This document shows, piece after piece, positions 58,314 to 64,000 of a DNA stretch of 64,000 bases. The first letter of the stretch is position 1; each line of letters opens with the position of its first letter. The stretch is from a virus (Duplodnaviria > Heunggongvirae > Uroviricota > Caudoviricetes): IMG/VR virus record IMGVR_UViG_3300013902_000006. One strand, given 5' to 3'. The notes beneath the pieces are model-generated. The model worked only from the letters and a program-made list of their open reading frames with translations. It did no database searches and was not told the DNA's origin. Made by a program: the position numbers and the translations under genes.

Positions 58314-59378
58314 ATGGAAACATTAATTAACAACACGAGTATTGATGCTATTGAGGCACAGTACAGAAACTCACAAGGAAAGCATGATGATGGACAAAAG
58401 AAGTTCAATTTTGACCCAAAGTTGTATTTAAATACACAGTTAGACAAGGATGTAAATGAAAAAATCGTTAGAATTAGAATTTTACCTGTAAGTGGTACTG
58501 ACCCTAATATCTTTATGGTTTTGAGAACTCATTCTCTTAAAGTACCCACAGAAATTGCGAAGAGTGGCTTTAAATCTTTTGTATGTCTGAATGATTCTCA
58601 CATTGAGAAAAAAGAAACGGACGGTTGTCCTTTATGTCGAAAGGCGAATGAATTGTTTGACAAGGCGAACCAATGCCGTTCTGAGGGAAAAGAGGAAGAG
58701 TCTAAGACTATTTTCAGACAAGCGTGTTCGTTTAAAGCCAAGAACACTTACATTGTTCGAGTTATTGAAAGAGGCAAGGAAGAAGAAGGCCCAAAGTTTT
58801 GGAGATTTAATGCAAATTCAAAAGGTGAAGGGGTTTATGATAAGTTGATGAATATCTTTAATGCCCGCAAGGAACCAAAACCTGATGGTACGATTTATAA
58901 TATCTTTGACTTGGTTGATGGTAAAGATTTGGTTTTGACAATCAAGAGAACATTTACCAATGACGAAAAAGCGACCGACAAGTCATCGATTAATATAGTA
59001 GATGCGACATTCCCATCACCATTGTCAGCAAATACCGGGCAAGCGAATAAATGGATTAATGATGACAAAAAGTGGACTGATGCATATAGTATTCGTCACG
59101 CTGATTATCTGTCTATTGTAGCAGAAGGGCAAATTCCGGTAAGAAACAAAGAGACTGGTAAGTATGAGGGGAAAGATACTGTCGTTTCGATGAAAAAGCA
59201 ACAAGAGGATGAAGTCAATAAGGTGGCACAAGAGATATTGGCAGCACCACAAGCAACCCCACAGAGCGATGTGCATATTGCAACACCATCATCTAATGTC
59301 ATACCATCTACAACGATGCCACAACCAACGGTAGCTCCCGTAGCAAATGAAGATGAAAGTGATCCATTACCATTTTAA
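58314..59378 (+). CDS. gp32: Single-stranded DNA-binding protein (T4 gp32-like)
   Basis: VRIRILP, zinc-site H..CL..CPLC, VRVIERG.EEEGPKFWRF, IFDLVDGKDL and an acidic C-terminal tail ending DPLPF. Confidence 0.85.
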   Translation: METLINNTSIDAIEAQYRNSQGKHDDGQKKFNFDPKLYLNTQLDKDVNEKIVRIRILPVSGTDPNIFMVLRTHSLKVPTEIAKSGFKSFVCLNDSHIEKKETDGCPLCRKANELFDKANQCRSEGKEEESKTIFRQACSFKAKNTYIVRVIERGKEEEGPKFWRFNANSKGEGVYDKLMNIFNARKEPKPDGTIYNIFDLVDGKDLVLTIKRTFTNDEKATDKSSINIVDATFPSPLSANTGQANKWINDDKKWTDAYSIRHADYLSIVAEGQIPVRNKETGKYEGKDTVVSMKKQQEDEVNKVAQEILAAPQATPQSDVHIATPSSNVIPSTTMPQPTVAPVANEDESDPLPF

Positions 59379-59507
59379 TTCGTATTTGTGAATGCTCACC
59401 GATTATTTTGAAATAGTAAGCCAAATGCCTTTGATGGGCAATGGTATAATGGGTGTGTAGTTTACCCAGTGGTCATAAGAACCATGAACTGATTTCACTG
59501 GATTTCA

Positions 59508-60110
59508 ATGGAATTTGGAACTATTATGGCTAAGTTGTATTACATATATGGACCGATGAACGTCTCAAAGAGTGCGTCTTTGTTAATGAAGGCACACTCT
59601 TTTGAGAGTAATAATATCCCTTTCGTTTGCCTTAAATCATCAATTGATGACCGTGATGGAAGTAGCATCATTAAGTCAAGGGTGGGCATCGAACGAGAAT
59701 GTATTTCAGTAAAACCGACAGATGACATTTATAGGATATTCAAGACATATAATGACGCTAAAAATCCTTTGAAATGGATATTGGTGGATGAAAGTCAATT
59801 CTTAACGAAAGAACAGGTAGACCAATTGGCTAAAATCGTAGATACGTTGGATATTAATGTAATGTGTTATGGTTTAAGGACTGATTTCAAGACGAATTTA
59901 TTCGATGGTTCTAAACGGTTATTTGAATTAGCCGATAACATCGAGGAAATGAAAGTCTCTTGTCGTTGCGGTAGAAAGGCAATAATAAATGCCCGAATTG
60001 ACGATAATGGAAACATAATCAAGGAAGGTGAACAGATAATGACGGGTGGTAATGAACGTTATGTTACTATGTGTCGTAAATGTTATAGTGAATTAGTTAA
60101 CAAGAAGTAA
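59508..60110 (+). CDS. tdk: Thymidine kinase (type II)
   Basis: KLYYIYGPMNVSKS P-loop, ILVDESQFLT, YGLRTDFK, CRCG and RYVTMCRKC. Likely start is the ATG at 59526. Confidence 0.92.
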   Translation: MEFGTIMAKLYYIYGPMNVSKSASLLMKAHSFESNNIPFVCLKSSIDDRDGSSIIKSRVGIERECISVKPTDDIYRIFKTYNDAKNPLKWILVDESQFLTKEQVDQLAKIVDTLDINVMCYGLRTDFKTNLFDGSKRLFELADNIEEMKVSCRCGRKAIINARIDDNGNIIKEGEQIMTGGNERYVTMCRKCYSELVNKK

Positions 60111-60132
60111 TGTAAATTTAAAAATTTTATTT

Positions 60133-61326
60133 ATGAAACAAGCGATTAAAAAAGGTGCAGGTATCAAGAAGAAAGGTATTAGTGCGTGGAAAGAGAAAGC
60201 AGGTTTGGGTGTTACATCGGCCAACCTTGAAGTAAGTAATGCAGATAAACCAATGGATTGGTTGGTGATGCCTAAGGCATTCCAAGAGGCGACTAGACTT
60301 ACTGGTTTTCCTATTGGTTACGTAAGTATGATTGGCGGTTTCTCCGATACAGGTAAAACAACCATTATCAATCACGTATTAGTGTCAGCTCAAAGACAAG
60401 GTTTTATTCCTGTCATCTATGATACCGAGAATAATATGGATTGGCGTTATTTGACTGACATGGGTTTCGAGGCTACACCTGTGTATGGAGAAGTAGACAT
60501 TGAAAATGTCGATTCTGAAACTGGCGAAGTAACATATACAAAAGAAAATCGTATTATAGGTTATGATGGTGACTTTATTTACTTCAATAACACAATTCTC
60601 GCTGCGAAGTACGGACAGTATGATTATTCAACTGGCAAAGAGACCAAGACAAAGAGGAAGGAAGCCGTTATTGAGGATATTGCTGCAAGCATGAAGGAGT
60701 TGCTTGATGCACAGGATAATGGTGAGATCGAACAAGGTCTTGTATTTGTATGGGATTCAATAGGCTCAATCAATTCATATAAGTCTTACAAGTCAGTGAC
60801 AAATAATAATATGTTCGATGCTGGTTCTGTGAGCGTCGCCTTTTCAAATATTCTTAACAACCGTATACCGTCATCACGTAAGATGTCTTCACCTTATACA
60901 AACACAATGATTGCCATCAGTAAAATATGGCTTGATTCAATGACTGCACCAATGGCTGCACCTACGGTGAAGTATAAGAATGGTAATACGTTCTATTATG
61001 CTTGTCATGGCTTAATTGTTCACGTAGGAGGTGCTTTGACAAGTGGTACTAAGAAGCTTAAGGCTGTTTCAAAGGGTGCAACATACCGTTATGGTCTTGA
61101 GACAAAGATAAAGGTCGTAAAGAATCATTTGCCAAGCCCATACAATGTGACATACGAGGGCAATATGATATGTACTGCCCACGGTCTGATAGACAAGGAA
61201 GAATTACCTCAGTATCAGAAAGAACATATCGGTGATATGTTGGCGCAATTGAACGAGCAATTGACCAAGTCAAACAAGACGGCAGATGCTGAGGATGTTG
61301 TATTTACAGAAGACGAGGAAGAGTAA
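60133..61326 (+). CDS. uvsX: RecA/UvsX-like recombinase
   Basis: Walker A GFSDTGKT, YDTEN, Walker B FVWDSIG, and the IKVVKNH strand. Confidence 0.85.
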   Translation: MKQAIKKGAGIKKKGISAWKEKAGLGVTSANLEVSNADKPMDWLVMPKAFQEATRLTGFPIGYVSMIGGFSDTGKTTIINHVLVSAQRQGFIPVIYDTENNMDWRYLTDMGFEATPVYGEVDIENVDSETGEVTYTKENRIIGYDGDFIYFNNTILAAKYGQYDYSTGKETKTKRKEAVIEDIAASMKELLDAQDNGEIEQGLVFVWDSIGSINSYKSYKSVTNNNMFDAGSVSVAFSNILNNRIPSSRKMSSPYTNTMIAISKIWLDSMTAPMAAPTVKYKNGNTFYYACHGLIVHVGGALTSGTKKLKAVSKGATYRYGLETKIKVVKNHLPSPYNVTYEGNMICTAHGLIDKEELPQYQKEHIGDMLAQLNEQLTKSNKTADAEDVVFTEDEEE

Positions 61327-61416
61327 ATCAAGATAATATGGCTAATGGTAGGAGGAAAAAAATCTCTTACTCTTAACATTTTTAAATATACAAGAATGTT
61401 AAAGTTTCATCTTTAA

Positions 61417-61428
61417 GTAGTACATTTG
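61417..61428 (+). promoter_or_regulatory. Bacteroidota-type promoter (GTAG TACATTTG)
   Basis: TAnnTTTG 42 nt upstream of the 137-aa gene. Confidence 0.55.
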
Positions 61429-61470
61429 CAATGTCGAAAAAAAGTAATGTAAAACTAAATTGTTTGTATT

Positions 61471-61884
61471 ATGAAAGTTAATTTGATTAAAGAGGCTTAC
61501 TATGAGATTAACGAGAAGAAATCATCGTTTTTGCCTTTCAGTACGTTTATGAAAATGTGTGGTGTAACACCAAATGGTAAGGAACAGTCAGACGATAGCA
61601 TTGTTACACCCCCTAATGTGAGATTCTTCTCAAAGATAGATGATTTCCGTTCTCTTACTAAGAGTGAATTGGATAAGTTCGACACATCAAAAGATGTTAT
61701 TATATTGCCAAGTGGCGAAATCTGTGTATTCTTGAAATTAACACAAGATAATATCACAGAAAATGCTTTAGAACTTAAGAAAAATGACGAGAATGTCAAA
61801 TCGTCTGTAAACACCAAAGAACAACAAAATGTCGCAGCCAATACCAAAGAGGATCCAGAAGACAAAGCCACAGATCTTAAATAA
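61471..61884 (+). CDS. Hypothetical protein (137 aa)
   Basis: ORF overlaps the next gene by 56 bp. Confidence 0.5.
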   Translation: MKVNLIKEAYYEINEKKSSFLPFSTFMKMCGVTPNGKEQSDDSIVTPPNVRFFSKIDDFRSLTKSELDKFDTSKDVIILPSGEICVFLKLTQDNITENALELKKNDENVKSSVNTKEQQNVAANTKEDPEDKATDLK

Positions 61885-63001
61885 GACGTTTAATACGCTA
61901 TTAGTTGACGGTTCCAACATTTTGGAACTGTCCTCTCTTGCTGATAAGAAGATTTCGAGTAATGGAAGGCAGACGGGAGGTATTTTCCAATGCCTTTTAC
62001 AGTTGAAATTGTTATTAAAGAAGGGGAATTTTAGGTATGTCTATGTTTTTTGGGACGGCGATAATTCAGGACAAAGTCGATATGACATATATCCTGAGTA
62101 TAAGGCAAACAGGAATAAGACATTTGAGGATGACAACCTTTCAGATTATATGAAGGAAGTCAATAAACGAATAAATGGTATGAAGAATTACTTTGCCAAA
62201 AAACAAGATCCTGTAAAAATAGCCGAGGAACAAAGACAGAAGGAAATCTTTCATTGGCAAAGGGAAGTATTGATGGAATGTCTCGAAGAATTATGCATCC
62301 GTCAATGTTTATGTGATAAGACAGAGGCAGATGACTTCATTTCATACTATGTAACGCACAAAAAGCCGAATGAAAGAATCGTAATTGTCTCCAATGACCG
62401 TGATTTGACGCAACTTATTTCCGACCAAGTGATAGTTTATGTCCAATCGATGAAAGATTTTATAAACACGAAGAATCATACGCAAGTAATGGGGTATAAT
62501 TACCAAAATGTAGCGTTAAAAAAAGTACTTTGTGGTGACAGTTCCGATAACATCAAGGGTATTAAGGGCTTAGGTGAGAAAACCTTGCTGACTAATTTCA
62601 AACAATTGAAAGAAAGAAAGGTCACATTGGATGAAATTATTGATGGTGCAAGGAAAATCAACGAGGAAAGAGCGAAAGTCAAGAAAAAACCTTTAAAATG
62701 GGCGGAAAATATTGTAAATTCGGTGACTGATGGAGTGCAAGGAGATAAAATCTATGATATTAATTACAAAATTATAGATTTAACAGACCCAAAGTGCCCT
62801 ATGATGTCACAAGAAGCGAAAGAATTAATAGATTCGATGATGTATGCCCCTATGGATACCGAAGGACGCAGCATCGAGAATTTATACAAGATAATTCTTG
62901 AAAATGGCATTGATGATTTGAAAGATGCCACTCGTTTCGGTAATTTTTTCACTGAATTCAAATATATTATGGATAAAGAACAAAAAAATTCGGCAATTTA
63001 G
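61829..63001 (+). CDS. rnh: 5'-3' exonuclease / flap nuclease (T4 RNase H / PolI 5'-nuclease family)
   Basis: LLVDGSN, YKANR, EADDFI, IVSNDRDLTQL and the GDSSDNIKGIKGLGEKT helix-3-turn-helix. Confidence 0.9.
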   Translation: MSQPIPKRIQKTKPQILNKTFNTLLVDGSNILELSSLADKKISSNGRQTGGIFQCLLQLKLLLKKGNFRYVYVFWDGDNSGQSRYDIYPEYKANRNKTFEDDNLSDYMKEVNKRINGMKNYFAKKQDPVKIAEEQRQKEIFHWQREVLMECLEELCIRQCLCDKTEADDFISYYVTHKKPNERIVIVSNDRDLTQLISDQVIVYVQSMKDFINTKNHTQVMGYNYQNVALKKVLCGDSSDNIKGIKGLGEKTLLTNFKQLKERKVTLDEIIDGARKINEERAKVKKKPLKWAENIVNSVTDGVQGDKIYDINYKIIDLTDPKCPMMSQEAKELIDSMMYAPMDTEGRSIENLYKIILENGIDDLKDATRFGNFFTEFKYIMDKEQKNSAI

Positions 63002-63019
63002 TTCAAACATCAAAAATTG

Positions 63020-63031
63020 GTAGTATATTTG
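63020..63031 (+). promoter_or_regulatory. Bacteroidota-type promoter (GTAG TATATTTG)
   Basis: Exact match. The extended GTAGTATATTTGAAACGT is identical to the gp32 promoter. Confidence 0.6.
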
Positions 63032-63087
63032 AAACGTTAAAGCGAGTTAGTTTCAATTTTATGTTTAATTTCTTAAATTAATTTAAT

Positions 63088-63957
63088 TTGATGGAAGAAA
63101 AAGTGGTGAAGAAGATAGATAATTCTTCTTATCGTGAAAAATTTCAATTTTTACTCTCAATCAACGAGAATGTAATTTGTCAACGTTATTTCAGAATCAA
63201 AAATTTCGATTTCGCCTCCATTGAGTCGATCGAATTGAAGGAAACAATGGACGAATGCGTCAGAATGATTCAAAAGGACTTGACAGAAAAGAGTCGTGTA
63301 TATATGTGGTATACGAACAACGATCCTGTTAAGATGACAGGCTTTGTAAGTAATATCGATGACCTTGATGACGCTGATGTTCGTTTTTTGACTGATGGAA
63401 ATGAAGGTGAGGGTGTGCTAAGTAATGGTGAGCATATAAAGAAAACATATTTCGATTATGCTTCAGTTGCAAGTTCAAACGCTGATTATGTAGACGAGAA
63501 ACCTGCTGATGGCGAGTTTGTATTCAAGTTTACCTTTATGATGGATGACAAACCATTATATGAAAGAGTTTGGGATGCAAATGTATATCCTAAATACATT
63601 AGAAACGGTGTTGATTTGAGCAATTCGAATGCTGTATATAAAGACAGAGACCCGTCAACCTTGTCATTCTCATTGGCAATTATTCATCATATGACGGCAG
63701 GAAAGTCAGATTTGGTTTTCCATATTATCAAGAATATTTGTGATAATTTGAGTACCACATATAGCGATGACTATGAATACACCAAAAACGAGATTTATAA
63801 GAATGGAATCAACGGTGATAAGGCGTATACATATTCTACCTATAACAAGAATTTCGTAAATGGATGGAGAAATGCTGTATCGAACAAGACGAATGATTAT
63901 TTCAATCATCTCTATCCAACCAAAGGTCAAATAGATTATATTGAACGTTATCTGTAA
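63088..63957 (+). CDS. Hypothetical protein (289 aa)
   Basis: Long ORF (TTG at 63088, ATG at 63091) with its own promoter motif. Confidence 0.65.
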   Translation: MMEEKVVKKIDNSSYREKFQFLLSINENVICQRYFRIKNFDFASIESIELKETMDECVRMIQKDLTEKSRVYMWYTNNDPVKMTGFVSNIDDLDDADVRFLTDGNEGEGVLSNGEHIKKTYFDYASVASSNADYVDEKPADGEFVFKFTFMMDDKPLYERVWDANVYPKYIRNGVDLSNSNAVYKDRDPSTLSFSLAIIHHMTAGKSDLVFHIIKNICDNLSTTYSDDYEYTKNEIYKNGINGDKAYTYSTYNKNFVNGWRNAVSNKTNDYFNHLYPTKGQIDYIERYL

Positions 63958-64000
63958 TCTTACTTGTTATTTTTAATATTTTTTAACCTTGTCAACTCGG

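Noticed and set aside
59451-59525. tRNA gene (Ile-GAT-like)
   Set aside because: No T-arm (GTTC) and no 3' acceptor strand complementary to GGGTGTG; the D-loop is too long and the anticodon loop is malformed.
59541-59570. Inactive thymidine kinase because the P-loop reads GPMNVSKS
   Set aside because: All other catalytic and zinc motifs are intact, and S-K-S/T variants of this loop occur in the family, so there is no support for loss of function.
1-64000. Stop-codon recoding as in some gut megaphages
   Set aside because: Core genes are intact and densely packed in the standard code. TAG ends polB-C (10028) and the protease (17130) at sensible positions.

Overview
This is a 64-kb segment of an AT-rich, T4-like (contractile-tailed) jumbo phage genome read in the standard genetic code. 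The host is probably a Bacteroidota species, judged from TAnnTTTG promoters, a lipoprotein and a secreted moron gene. Gene order: four fibre-like virion genes (1-10 kb); a family B DNA polymerase fractured at its catalytic D-T-D motif by a naturally split intein, with two free-standing nuclease genes between the halves (10-16.6 kb); neck, tail-completion, sheath and tube genes interleaved with a DEDDh exonuclease and a SNF2-like helicase; baseplate, tape-measure and hub/lysin genes (39-56 kb); and a replication/recombination block (gp32 SSB, thymidine kinase, UvsX/RecA, RNase H-type 5' nuclease). Standout observations: (1) the Ser1/Thr+1 split-intein polymerase; (2) eight paralogous nucleases built from 2-5 tandem zinc-ribbon repeats (30 repeats in total) with hypervariable positions, DNA-level evidence of module swapping and, in four of them, an extra GNAT-like domain; (3) a nearly all-AT intergenic element with a perfect 71-bp direct repeat and cruciform potential, a candidate origin. 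All protein calls come from motif recognition by eye; no database searches were run.
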